Positions 52,554 to 61,745 of a stretch of DNA of 64,000 bases are shown here, one piece after another. The notes beneath the pieces are model-generated. The model saw only the letters and a list, made by a program, of their open reading frames with translations. It ran no database searches and had not been told where the DNA came from. The stretch is from Rickettsiales bacterium (GTDB lineage Bacteria > Pseudomonadota > Alphaproteobacteria > Rickettsiales > JALZUV01), in contig JAQXAR010000041.1 in assembly GCA_029252805.1 (NCBI GenBank), positions 16,825 through 80,824 of the forward strand, read 5' to 3'. The translations under genes were made by a program, and so were the position numbers. Positions within the stretch are counted from its first letter, which is position 1. The number at the start of each line of letters is the position of its first letter.

Positions 52554-54002
52554 CTACTCTCGCCAGAAATGTCCGGTAAAGAGAACAAGGACGGTAAATA
52601 ATTCGAGTCTACCTACAACCATTCCTATGCAAATCAGCCACTTAGCTCCATCGGGGAGGGTTTGGTAATTACCGGTAGGGCCAATGATCTCACCGAGGCC
52701 GGGCCCGACATTCGCTAATGTTTGTGCCGCTGCACTCATAGAAGTGATAAAATCGAGGCCAAAAGCAGAAAGTGCCGTCGCCAAAATCATAAAGCTAAAG
52801 GCGAATAAAGTGAAGAAACCGAGCACGGATGCGCTCACACTTTCCGAAATAGGTTTGTGGCCATAGCGCGCGATAAAGACGCCGTGAGGCTGAATAAGTT
52901 GATAAAGTTGAACTTTAGCTGTTTCATATAAAACTTTGAAACGGAATATTTTTATTCCACCGCTTGTGGAGCCAGTGCAGCCTCCGACAACGATCAACAT
53001 GAAGAAAATAAGCGTTGGCGCGCTACCCCAATGTGCGTAATCAGCCGAAACATAGCCCGTAGTCGTAATGATGGATGCAACGTTAAAACTAGCATAACGA
53101 AACGCGCGCCAGAATTCATACCCTTGATTGTAAATGAGCCATGCGGTGATGAGCAGAGTCGTGCACACGAGAATGGTGAAGAACCAGCGCACCTGAATAT
53201 CTTTAAAGAGCGCTAGGGGCTTGCCGCGTATCATCTGATAATAGAGGATAATGGGCAGGGCACCACAAATCATACCAAGGGTAGCGATGGTTTCGATTTC
53301 GGCGCTGGCGAAGTGCGCGATAGAGGCGTCATAGTTAGAAAACCCAGCGGTTCCGAGCGTCGTGAGCGCATGGCAAATAGCATCGAATCCACTCATGCCG
53401 AAGCTCCAATAAGCTATGGCGCAGATACCTGAAAGAGTGAGGTAAGTCATACCGATGAGTTTGGCCATCTCCCCCGCGCGTGGGATGACTTTGTCGGTTT
53501 TATCAGAGGATTCGGTTCTAAAGAGCTGCATGCCACCAATGCGAAGGATCGGTAAAATGGCCATGGCGAGGACGATTACCCCGACGGCGCCTAGTGCTTG
53601 CAACAGGCAGCGCCAGAGTAAAATACCGTGGGACATTGTGTCTAAACCGGTCATCACCGTCGCGCCGGTCGTGGTGAGGCCAGAAACCCCTTCAAAGTAG
53701 GCGTCAATAAAGGAAGTGGATGGAGCTGATAAGTAAAAGGGGAGGCAGGCAAAGGCGGGTAAAATAAACCAACTGGATGCGGTGAAAAGGAAGGTTTGTC
53801 GTAAACTGATAGTGCCGCCATAGCCTCGGTTGGACAGGTATAGGGTGCCGCCAATAAAACCACAAATAAAGGCAGATACGAGAAAGGTCTCCCAGTGACC
53901 GTCGTGAAACATGAGATCAACCAGTAACGGAATGATCATTGCCGCACCCAATACCAGCAACAGTAAGCCGTTAATGAGTAAAATAGGGCGGAGTTTAAAC
54001 AT
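52554..54002 (-). CDS. trkH: Trk-type potassium uptake protein TrkH
   Basis: 482 aa, polytopic, with repeated selectivity-filter-like 'TTTG/GTAGF/TTTGY/GGCTGSTSGGIK' segments. Confidence 0.9.
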   Translation of the reverse strand: MFKLRPILLINGLLLLVLGAAMIIPLLVDLMFHDGHWETFLVSAFICGFIGGTLYLSNRGYGGTISLRQTFLFTASSWFILPAFACLPFYLSAPSTSFIDAYFEGVSGLTTTGATVMTGLDTMSHGILLWRCLLQALGAVGVIVLAMAILPILRIGGMQLFRTESSDKTDKVIPRAGEMAKLIGMTYLTLSGICAIAYWSFGMSGFDAICHALTTLGTAGFSNYDASIAHFASAEIETIATLGMICGALPIILYYQMIRGKPLALFKDIQVRWFFTILVCTTLLITAWLIYNQGYEFWRAFRYASFNVASIITTTGYVSADYAHWGSAPTLIFFMLIVVGGCTGSTSGGIKIFRFKVLYETAKVQLYQLIQPHGVFIARYGHKPISESVSASVLGFFTLFAFSFMILATALSAFGLDFITSMSAAAQTLANVGPGLGEIIGPTGNYQTLPDGAKWLICIGMVVGRLELFTVLVLFTGHFWRE

Positions 54003-54016
54003 GTTTTTGTCTCAGG

Positions 54017-54586
54017 TTATTTTCGGAGTAAATCGAAAAATTCTTGGCGTGTGCGCGGGTCGGTGCGGAAGCGGCCAATCATGCGGCTGGTCTGCATGGT
54101 TGCGCCTTTTTTGCGAACGCCGCGTGCTGTCATGCATTGATGCGAGGCTTCGACCACGACCGCGACACCCTTAGGCTGCAGCACTTCATCCAGTGCATTG
54201 GCGATTTGTGCTGTCATCTTCTCCTGAATTTGGAGGCGACGGGCATAGGCTTCGACTAAACGTGCGAGCTTGCTTAAGCCCACCACTTTATCTTCAGGTA
54301 GGTACGCAACGTGAGCGACACCGGTGAATGGCACCATGTGATGTTCGCAATGCGAAACGAATTCGATATCGCGAAGTACGATCATTTCATCGTAATTTTC
54401 GACCTCGGAGAAGGTTTTGCTTAAAATATTGTGTGGGTTAGTATCATAGCCTGCAAAGAACTCACCATACGCGCGCAAAACGCGATCAGGGGTTTCCAAT
54501 AAGCCTTCACGGTCAGGGTTGTCACCCGCCCAGCGGATAAGGGTTTTGACCGCTTCTTCCGCTTCTGTTTTTGATGGTTTGCTCAT
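54017..54586 (-). CDS. folE: GTP cyclohydrolase I (FolE type)
   Basis: 189 aa. '[12 protein letters not shown]' and '[15 protein letters not shown]' motifs. Confidence 0.95.
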   Translation of the reverse strand: MSKPSKTEAEEAVKTLIRWAGDNPDREGLLETPDRVLRAYGEFFAGYDTNPHNILSKTFSEVENYDEMIVLRDIEFVSHCEHHMVPFTGVAHVAYLPEDKVVGLSKLARLVEAYARRLQIQEKMTAQIANALDEVLQPKGVAVVVEASHQCMTARGVRKKGATMQTSRMIGRFRTDPRTRQEFFDLLRK

Positions 54587-54643
54587 GCAGCAGGCATAGC
54601 AGTTTTCTTAGCGAAAACAAGCATTACAGGTTGATAGGGAATA

Positions 54644-55528
54644 ATGAATCCTTTATATTCCGCAGTGAATAAGGAACAAGTGCCGGATGCACCGGCCAAT
54701 ATTGAGGGTAAAATTATGGGTTTCGAGCTATTTGAAAAAGGCGGCGTGGTAATGTTTATCCTCGCTGGGTTGTCGATTTACACGATCGCGGTGGTGATCT
54801 TTAAACTCTATCAATTTACGACAGCTGGTGTGTTTAACTCCGCTTTTATTGAGCCGACGATTGCCGCGATTCGTAGTGGCGATTTGGCCAAAGCTCGTGA
54901 GATTCTAGGGCGTTCAAAAGGGCCTGTTGCACGTATTATGCAGGTCGCACTCAATTGCGTATCGGATCGCGAAATGCTGCAATCAAGTCGTGATGCCGAA
55001 ATCTCACGCGTAGGTTCAACCGATATCCGCTATTTGGAGACGCAAATGCGTGGGTTGGAGATGGTTTCAAATGTAGCGCCATTGCTTGGTCTTCTAGGGA
55101 CGGTAATCGGGATGGTGACGGCCTTCTCTCGCCTTGAAGGTGCGGGGAGTCGTGTGGATCCATCACTGCTTGCAGGCGGTATTTGGGAAGCGCTTCTGAC
55201 GACGGTGGGTGGCCTTGTGGTCGCGATTCCGGCGGTGGTTGCCTATTACATCTTTGATGGTTTGATTGAGCGTGTGCGCGGTGTGATGAAAGATACATCG
55301 ATTCAAATTATGATGCTGGAAGATGAGTTCCAGCGTAATGAGCGTGCGCAGCGTCGCCGTAAGGCGCAAGCGCGCGTGCGTGAGCGTGAAGAGACGGACC
55401 GCCTCTCAACGGATCAGGAAAAAGGCGAAACCAGCGATCGCATGCAAAAAGATTCGTCTGATATGCGTTCAACGCCGCAAAGTAGCTCCACGTTGAAGTT
55501 GCTTAATCCACGCTATAGCCAATTCTAA
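54644..55528 (+). CDS. exbB: MotA/TolQ/ExbB proton-channel protein with a long charged C-terminal tail
   Basis: 'APLLGLLGTVIGMVTAF' and 'GGIWEALLTTVGGLVVAIPAVVAYY' motifs. The start is 54644 or 54716, and both have an SD. The last ~70 aa are a charged, low-complexity extension. Confidence 0.85.
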   Translation: MNPLYSAVNKEQVPDAPANIEGKIMGFELFEKGGVVMFILAGLSIYTIAVVIFKLYQFTTAGVFNSAFIEPTIAAIRSGDLAKAREILGRSKGPVARIMQVALNCVSDREMLQSSRDAEISRVGSTDIRYLETQMRGLEMVSNVAPLLGLLGTVIGMVTAFSRLEGAGSRVDPSLLAGGIWEALLTTVGGLVVAIPAVVAYYIFDGLIERVRGVMKDTSIQIMMLEDEFQRNERAQRRRKAQARVREREETDRLSTDQEKGETSDRMQKDSSDMRSTPQSSSTLKLLNPRYSQF

Positions 55529-55550
55529 TTCGCTTTAGAGGCAATTCATC

Positions 55551-56042
55551 ATGCAGATAGAGCGCGAAGCACGTAAAGCCCGGCAGGTGCCATTAACGCC
55601 ATTGATTGACGTGGTGTTTTTGCTGCTTGTTTTCTTTATGCTATCGAGCAGTTTTGTGCGCAGTGAATCGCTTGAGCTGATGTTGCCGCAAGCCAATGGC
55701 GGTGGTTCGGCAGATGAAGGGCGTTTGCTGCAAGTTTATGTGGCGCGTGATGGTTCTACCTATATTGGTCGTCGTTTGGTCAATGAAGAGGGGTTGATTA
55801 AAACCCTGCGCGGAACGATCGAAAAATTCCCAGATGTTGGCGTGCTCTTATTGAGTGGGCCGCGTGTGTCTGTGCAGCAAATGGTGACGGTCATGGATAA
55901 TATTTATCAAGCCGGTAGTACCAACCTTTCTGTGGCAAGTTGGGAGCCTGAGCGGATAGACCAAGCGCCCGCCGCGCCGATAGATGAGGTTACACCCGAG
56001 ATGGAGCCCGCAATGGCTGAGGAGGTGATAGATGGAAATTAA
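55551..56042 (+). CDS. exbD: biopolymer transport protein ExbD/TolR (paralogue 1, acidic C-terminal extension)
   Basis: 163 aa. 'LTPLIDVVFLLLVFFM' TM helix plus an ExbD periplasmic domain. Confidence 0.85.
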   Translation: MQIEREARKARQVPLTPLIDVVFLLLVFFMLSSSFVRSESLELMLPQANGGGSADEGRLLQVYVARDGSTYIGRRLVNEEGLIKTLRGTIEKFPDVGVLLLSGPRVSVQQMVTVMDNIYQAGSTNLSVASWEPERIDQAPAAPIDEVTPEMEPAMAEEVIDGN

Positions 56043-56433
56043 TCGCGCTAAACGCATGACGCGTGAAGTCAGTATGATTCCGTTGATTAATCTCGTATTT
56101 CTTTTGCTTATCTTTTTCCTGGTTGCGGGGACGATTGAAAAATTCGAAGTGATCCCGGTGGATGTCCCTGTAGCGGATAGCGGCAAGGTGCTCGATCAGG
56201 GGCATATCGTGATTGTCATTGGACAATATAACGAGATTTTGCTCAATGATGAGTTGGTTGATATTGATGAATTGCGCGCGAGCGTGACACAGCTACTTGC
56301 CAATAACCCGCGCAAGATTATTTCGCTCAAAGCAGATTCGCGTTTGGAAGCCAGTAAGATGGTGGCCATTATGGATTTGCTGCGTGTGGCCGGTGGTACG
56401 AATCTCTCTATCGTAACGCAGAGCCTGAGTTAA
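56032..56433 (+). CDS. exbD: biopolymer transport protein ExbD/TolR (paralogue 2)
   Basis: 133 aa. 'MIPLINLVFLLLIFFL' TM helix and 'ISLKADSRLEASKMVAIMDLLRVAG'. Confidence 0.85.
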   Translation: MEINRAKRMTREVSMIPLINLVFLLLIFFLVAGTIEKFEVIPVDVPVADSGKVLDQGHIVIVIGQYNEILLNDELVDIDELRASVTQLLANNPRKIISLKADSRLEASKMVAIMDLLRVAGGTNLSIVTQSLS

Positions 56434-56436
56434 TCG

Positions 56437-57498
56437 ATGCTCAGCGCTGTCAGAAATATTGAAAACAGCGAATACGCACGGTTTGGGAAATACCTGAATG
56501 GGAAGCATTTTTTCGCAGTGGTTTTCGTCGCATTCTTTTTGCATATGATGGGCGCGGTGATTTATTATATTATGCCCCAGGATAATGTTCAGGTGGTGCC
56601 GGTGCGCGTGCTCAATGTGAAGCTGGGCGGTAAGGCTAATGCCGCGGCGATTACTTCATCGGATGTGAAGCGACTCTTCTCTAAGCGCCGATTGGCGGAA
56701 ACGCAGCCTGCTGTCGCGTCAGCCCCTGCGCCCGCTAAATCGGTGATTGAAAAGCGCCCCGAACCGGAGCCCGTTAAACCGGAGCCGATCAAGAAGGTTG
56801 AGCCAAAACTTGAACTGGCGAAGAAGGTTGAAGCAAAGCCAGTTCCCAAGAAGGTGGAAGCCGCTAAGCAGGAGGTGGCGCGTGCGGCGTTAGAGACGCC
56901 AAAACCTAAAGCGGCCATTACGCCTCCTCCTCCGCCGCCTAAGTCTGCACCGGTCAAAGTGGTGAAAAAGAAAACTCCGCCAAAACCTGAGCCTTTGCCA
57001 AAAGTGGCAGTGAAGAAGCCTGAACCTAAGATGGAGCGTCAGGTGATTCGTCAGCCGCTCAAAACCGCCCGTACGGCGGAAGCGAAGAAGCCGAAACGTT
57101 ATGTGCGTGCGAATCAGTTGACGGCGAAGTTAGGTAGTAAGAAGCCTAAAGAGCTCGATCAAAATGGCGGCTCGGTGATTGGGAATTCGGGTTCCAAGAA
57201 GGCAGAAATCCAAAAACGCTATACGCAGACCATCTCGCTATGGATTGATAAACATAAAGTTTACCCTGATGCTGCACGTTCGAAAGGTGAGGGCGGTAAG
57301 GTTGTTTTGCGCATTCGTATTAACCGCCAAGGCCGTGTGCTGCGCTACTTACTTGAAAAATCTAGCGGGTCGGAGGCAATTGATCGTGCGATTACGCAAA
57401 TGATTGATGCGGCTAACCCGCTGCCGTCTGTTCCGGGTGACTATCCAGATAATAAGCCATACTTAGAATTTCTCATTCCCATTAACTTCATACCGTAA
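56437..57498 (+). CDS. tonB: energy transducer TonB
   Basis: 353 aa. N-terminal TM helix, a long Pro/Lys/Glu/Val-rich spacer ('PEPEPVKPEPIKK...PPPPPPK'), and a TonB_C-like 'YPDAARSKGEGGKVVLRIRINRQGRV'. Confidence 0.8.
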   Translation: MLSAVRNIENSEYARFGKYLNGKHFFAVVFVAFFLHMMGAVIYYIMPQDNVQVVPVRVLNVKLGGKANAAAITSSDVKRLFSKRRLAETQPAVASAPAPAKSVIEKRPEPEPVKPEPIKKVEPKLELAKKVEAKPVPKKVEAAKQEVARAALETPKPKAAITPPPPPPKSAPVKVVKKKTPPKPEPLPKVAVKKPEPKMERQVIRQPLKTARTAEAKKPKRYVRANQLTAKLGSKKPKELDQNGGSVIGNSGSKKAEIQKRYTQTISLWIDKHKVYPDAARSKGEGGKVVLRIRINRQGRVLRYLLEKSSGSEAIDRAITQMIDAANPLPSVPGDYPDNKPYLEFLIPINFIP

Positions 57499-57511
57499 TA
57501 GTCTAGATATC

Positions 57512-58552
57512 ATGCAAACACTCATCGTTACCGGCGGCGCCGGATTTATTGGAAGCTCTTTCGTCAAACTCTGTGTTGACCAAGGGCATAAAGTCATCGT
57601 GCTAGATGCACTGACCTATGCAGGCCACACTGCAAACTTGGAATGGATTTCCGGCAAAGGCGAATGGGAGCTGTATGAAGGTGACATTGGCGATACTTCG
57701 CTAGTGAGTAGCTTGTTGGATAAGTACCAGCCCGATGCGGTGGTGAATTTTGCGGCAGAAAGCCATGTTGATAATTCAATCAGTAGTCCCGGTGAGTTTA
57801 TCGAAACGAATATCGTGGGAACCTACCGCTTGCTGGAATGCGCGCGGCACTATTGGGGTGCTTTGCCCAAAGCGCAAGCGGCTGCGTTCCGTTATCTGCA
57901 GATTTCGACGGATGAGATCTATGGTTCGCTGGAATTGGATTCCGATGAGAAATTCCATGAAGATTTTCAGGTGCAGCCAAGCTCGCCTTATTCGGCTTCG
58001 AAAGCGGCAGGGGATCATTTGGTCAATGCGTGGCATCACACGTATGGTCTGCCAACCTTGCTGACGAACTGCACGAATAATTACGGGCCGCGTCAGCATC
58101 CAGAAAAACTGATCCCGCATATGATTGCTTGTGGTTTAGCCGAAAAGAATTTGCCGGTTTATGGTGACGGTAAAAATGTGCGTGATTGGATTCATGTCGA
58201 AGATCATTGTCGTGGAATTTATGCGGCATTGACCCAAGGTGAACCGGGCGGACGCTATTGCTTCGGCGGTAATGCCGAGCGTACCAATCTTGATGTGGTT
58301 ACGACGATTTGTGCCACGCTAGATAAGTTAAGCCCGCGCTCAATGTCGCAAACGCATTCGGCGCTTATTCGTTTTGTGACGGACCGCCCCGGCCATGATC
58401 GCCGCTATGCGATGGACGATTCCAACGCGCGCGCAAAACTGAATTACACGAATGAATACACCTTTGAACAAGGCTTGGAACAAACCATCCAATGGTACCT
58501 TGATAACCAAGTGTGGTGCCAGGCCATTACTGCAGCGAAGAAGGCCGCGTAA
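57512..58552 (+). CDS. rfbB: dTDP-glucose 4,6-dehydratase
   Basis: 346 aa. '[10 protein letters not shown]' and '[11 protein letters not shown]' (YxxxK), with '[12 protein letters not shown]'. Confidence 0.93.
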   Translation: MQTLIVTGGAGFIGSSFVKLCVDQGHKVIVLDALTYAGHTANLEWISGKGEWELYEGDIGDTSLVSSLLDKYQPDAVVNFAAESHVDNSISSPGEFIETNIVGTYRLLECARHYWGALPKAQAAAFRYLQISTDEIYGSLELDSDEKFHEDFQVQPSSPYSASKAAGDHLVNAWHHTYGLPTLLTNCTNNYGPRQHPEKLIPHMIACGLAEKNLPVYGDGKNVRDWIHVEDHCRGIYAALTQGEPGGRYCFGGNAERTNLDVVTTICATLDKLSPRSMSQTHSALIRFVTDRPGHDRRYAMDDSNARAKLNYTNEYTFEQGLEQTIQWYLDNQVWCQAITAAKKAA

Positions 58553-58554
58553 TC

Positions 58555-59865
58555 ATGAAACTCTCCAGCTATTTTCTTCCACTCATTAAAGAGAATCCGT
58601 CCGAAGCGCAAATTGTGTCGCATCGTTTAATGTTGCGTGCGGGGATGATTCGACAGGTTACCTCTGGCATTTACAACTGGTTGCCGCTGGGGTTGGCAGT
58701 GCTTCGCAAGGTTGAGAATATCGTGCGTGATGAGCATGCCAAATCCGGTGTGAATGAAATGTTGATGCCCACCATACAGCCAGCAGATTTATGGGAAGAG
58801 TCGGGGCGTGGAACCTATTGTGGAGCGGAAACACTACAGATTAAAGATCGCCATGGCCGTATGATGTTCTACAGCCCGACCAATGAAGAGCTTATCACGG
58901 ATGTGTTTCGCAATAGTGTCAAAAGCTACAAAGAATTGCCGTTGAACCTCTATCATATCCAGTGGAAATTTCGTGATGAGATTCGTCCGCGTTTTGGTGT
59001 GATGCGGGGGCGTGAATTCTTGATGAAAGATGCTTATAGCTTTGACCTCACCCACGAAGATGCGGTGGAATCTTATGGTAAATATTACCAAATGTACTTG
59101 AGAATATTTGATCGTTTAGGGTTGGTTGCTATTCCGTTGCGTGCAGAAACGGGTGATATCGGTGGTGATTTGAGTCATGAATTTTGCGTGATCGCGGATG
59201 AGGGTGAGTCGGCACTTTATTATGATAAAAAGTTCGATGATATACGCGCCGGTAAACTCTCGCTTCCAGCAGAAGAAATGCGTGCGCTTTACGCGGCGGC
59301 TGATGAACAACATGACGCGGATAATTGCCCCGTTGCCAAAGCAGATTTACGCGAAGCACGCGGTATTGAAGTTGGCCATATTTTCAATTTTGGTACGAAA
59401 TATACCAAATCTATGGGCGCTACGGTTCAAGGGCCTGATGGCAAGCCTGTATATCCTGAATGTGGTTCCTACGGGATTGGAATCTCGCGTTTGGTCGGTG
59501 CATTGATCGAGGCTAATCATGATGATTCCGGTATTATTTGGCCGGAAGCGGTTGCGCCCTTTACCGTAGGTTTGATGAATCTGCGCGGTAAGGATGACGA
59601 ATGTGTAGAGGTCTGCGCAAGCCTTTATCAGCAGTTTGAAGCGGCAGGCGTTTCCGTTCTTTATGATGATACGGATGATGGCGCAGGCCAAAAGTTTGCC
59701 AAGATGGATTTGATTGGTTTGCCTTGGCAAATCGCGATCGGCCCGCGTGGTGTGACGGCTGGAACGGTTGAACTGAAAAATCGCCGTAGCGGTGAGAAGC
59801 AAGAAATTTCTGCGGAAGCGGCTCTTGAGTTGATCCAGCAAGGAGCGATCGCACGTGCTGCTTAA
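58555..59865 (+). CDS. proS: proline--tRNA ligase (short form; appears to lack the large INS editing insertion)
   Basis: The ATG at 58555 gives '[30 protein letters not shown]'. Class II motifs '[25 protein letters not shown]' and 'GSYGIGISR'. Confidence 0.95.
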   Translation: MKLSSYFLPLIKENPSEAQIVSHRLMLRAGMIRQVTSGIYNWLPLGLAVLRKVENIVRDEHAKSGVNEMLMPTIQPADLWEESGRGTYCGAETLQIKDRHGRMMFYSPTNEELITDVFRNSVKSYKELPLNLYHIQWKFRDEIRPRFGVMRGREFLMKDAYSFDLTHEDAVESYGKYYQMYLRIFDRLGLVAIPLRAETGDIGGDLSHEFCVIADEGESALYYDKKFDDIRAGKLSLPAEEMRALYAAADEQHDADNCPVAKADLREARGIEVGHIFNFGTKYTKSMGATVQGPDGKPVYPECGSYGIGISRLVGALIEANHDDSGIIWPEAVAPFTVGLMNLRGKDDECVEVCASLYQQFEAAGVSVLYDDTDDGAGQKFAKMDLIGLPWQIAIGPRGVTAGTVELKNRRSGEKQEISAEAALELIQQGAIARAA

Positions 59866-61081
59866 ACCTCACGAATCTTTCATTGCGAAGCGCTATTTGA
59901 ACGCGCGTGGACGTGAGAGTTTCATTGGGGTGATTATCTGGTTTGCGATTGTCGGTATCGCGTTGGGGGTAATGACGCTCGTGGTGGTGACATCGGTGAT
60001 GAACGGCGTGCGTGGAGAAATGCTAAAGCATTTCATCGGCTTAAGTGGGCATGTTCATGTTTATCATCAATCAGGTCAAGTGCCAGATACGGGTTCGCTG
60101 TTAGAGAAAATTAACTCGATCGCACAAGTGAAGCGCGCCGTGCCCGTGATTGAAGGACAGGTGATGATTACGGCGAAGAACCTTGCGCGCGGAGCGCAGG
60201 TGAAATCGTATGATCTCTCTGGTGTGGAAGATAAATCCTACCTGCAAGATTATCTCAATAGTGGCTCGCTTGAGACGCAAGGCTTGTTGGTAGGCAGTGG
60301 CTTGAAGCGCAATCTTCGTGGCCAAAATAGACTCACGCTAATTTCGCCTGACGGTCGTCAAACGGTGGTCGGGCTAGTGCCGCGTATGAAGGCTTATCCG
60401 GTGATGGGTGACTTCACGTTTGGCATGAGCATGATTGATTCCAATCTTATTCTTATGCCGTTTGCAGAGGCGCAAACCTATTTCAAAACGCCGAGTGCGC
60501 AGTCTATTGAAATTACGTTGAACTCGTTAGATGATACGTCAGCGGTGGCGAATGAACTTCGTAAAATATTGGGTGCGGAGTATAATGTGCTCGATTGGCA
60601 GCAAACCAATGGTGCAATCTTTGAAGCCTTAAATGTGCAGCGCACGGTGATGTTTCTGATCCTCATGATGATCTTGTTAGTGGCGGCGTTTAACATTATT
60701 GCGAGCCTTGTGATGCTGGTGAAAGATAAGCAGCGCGATATTGCGGTGATGCGCGCTTATGGTGTCACTCGTGGCTCTATTCAGCGAATATTTGTTTATA
60801 TGGGCGTGCGTATTGGGGCCGTGGCGACGTTGGCGGGCGTGGTACTTGGTATTCTTATTGCGACTAATGCCGATGCGTTTCGCCAGTGGTTTGAGGCGAC
60901 AACAGGGCAGCAATTGCTGGGGGGGAATCTCTACTTTCTCTCGACGCTCCCGGCGAAAGTGGATTGGTTTGAAATTGGCTTAATCGTGGCGATGGCACTT
61001 ATTCTATCGTTCCTTGCCACGCTTTATCCGGCGCGCCGTGCGGCGGCGTTAGATCCAGCGGAGGCGTTGCGTTATGAGTAG
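59855..61081 (+). CDS. lolC: lipoprotein-releasing ABC transporter permease (LolC/LolE family)
   Basis: GTG start. '[19 protein letters not shown]' N-terminus, an FtsX-type C-terminal 4-TM bundle, and terminal '[18 protein letters not shown]'. Confidence 0.85.
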   Translation: MLLKPHESFIAKRYLNARGRESFIGVIIWFAIVGIALGVMTLVVVTSVMNGVRGEMLKHFIGLSGHVHVYHQSGQVPDTGSLLEKINSIAQVKRAVPVIEGQVMITAKNLARGAQVKSYDLSGVEDKSYLQDYLNSGSLETQGLLVGSGLKRNLRGQNRLTLISPDGRQTVVGLVPRMKAYPVMGDFTFGMSMIDSNLILMPFAEAQTYFKTPSAQSIEITLNSLDDTSAVANELRKILGAEYNVLDWQQTNGAIFEALNVQRTVMFLILMMILLVAAFNIIASLVMLVKDKQRDIAVMRAYGVTRGSIQRIFVYMGVRIGAVATLAGVVLGILIATNADAFRQWFEATTGQQLLGGNLYFLSTLPAKVDWFEIGLIVAMALILSFLATLYPARRAAALDPAEALRYE

Positions 61082-61745
61082 TCTCTTTAAACTTTCCAAT
61101 GTGAATAAGTCTTTTTCGCAAGGCGCTGAGAAGCTAAAAGTGCTGCGCAATATCAATTTAGAGATTGGGATTGGCGAGGCAGTGGCGCTGGTCGGTGCAT
61201 CGGGTTCGGGTAAAACAACTTTGCTGCAAATCGCGGGTCTTTTATCGCCCGCCGATAGTGGTGGCGTGATGCTGCAAGGAAGCGAATTTGCGAATTTGAG
61301 TGAGCGTGACAGAACGTTAGTGCGCAGTCAGGCACTTGGGTTCGTTTATCAATTTCACCATTTGCTACCCGAATTTACCGCATTAGAAAATGTGGTGCTT
61401 CCGCAATTAGTTGCAGGTAAATCAAAGGTAGACGCAACGGCGTATGCGGAGTCTTTGCTCAGCGAGTTTGGTTTGGCGGATCGGCTCTCGCATCGTCCGT
61501 CTCAGCTCTCGGGTGGCGAGATGCAGCGCGTGGCGATTGCGCGTGCGCTCGCGAATGATCCAGTTTTATTGTTGGCGGATGAGCCGACGGGTAACTTGGA
61601 TGACGAGACTTCAGAAGTTGTGTTCCAGCTCTTGATGGCTGCGATTAAACAGCGCGGCATGTCGGCATTGATTGCGACGCATAATAAAAATTTGGCGTTG
61701 CGTATGGGGCGTTCGGTTGTGCTGAATAAGGGTGAATTATCATGA
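61074..61745 (+). CDS. lolD: lipoprotein-releasing ABC transporter ATP-binding protein
   Basis: 223 aa. Walker A 'GASGSGKTT', signature 'LSGGEMQRVAIARAL', Walker B 'LLLADEPTGNLD'. Confidence 0.9.
   Translation: MSSLFKLSNVNKSFSQGAEKLKVLRNINLEIGIGEAVALVGASGSGKTTLLQIAGLLSPADSGGVMLQGSEFANLSERDRTLVRSQALGFVYQFHHLLPEFTALENVVLPQLVAGKSKVDATAYAESLLSEFGLADRLSHRPSQLSGGEMQRVAIARALANDPVLLLADEPTGNLDDETSEVVFQLLMAAIKQRGMSALIATHNKNLALRMGRSVVLNKGELS

Noticed and set aside
56700-57010. Apparent short tandem repetition (AAGAAGGTTGA..., CCT/CCG runs) in tonB
   Set aside because: It encodes the usual Pro/Lys/Glu-rich TonB spacer. It is imperfect and in-frame, not a VNTR or CRISPR-like array.
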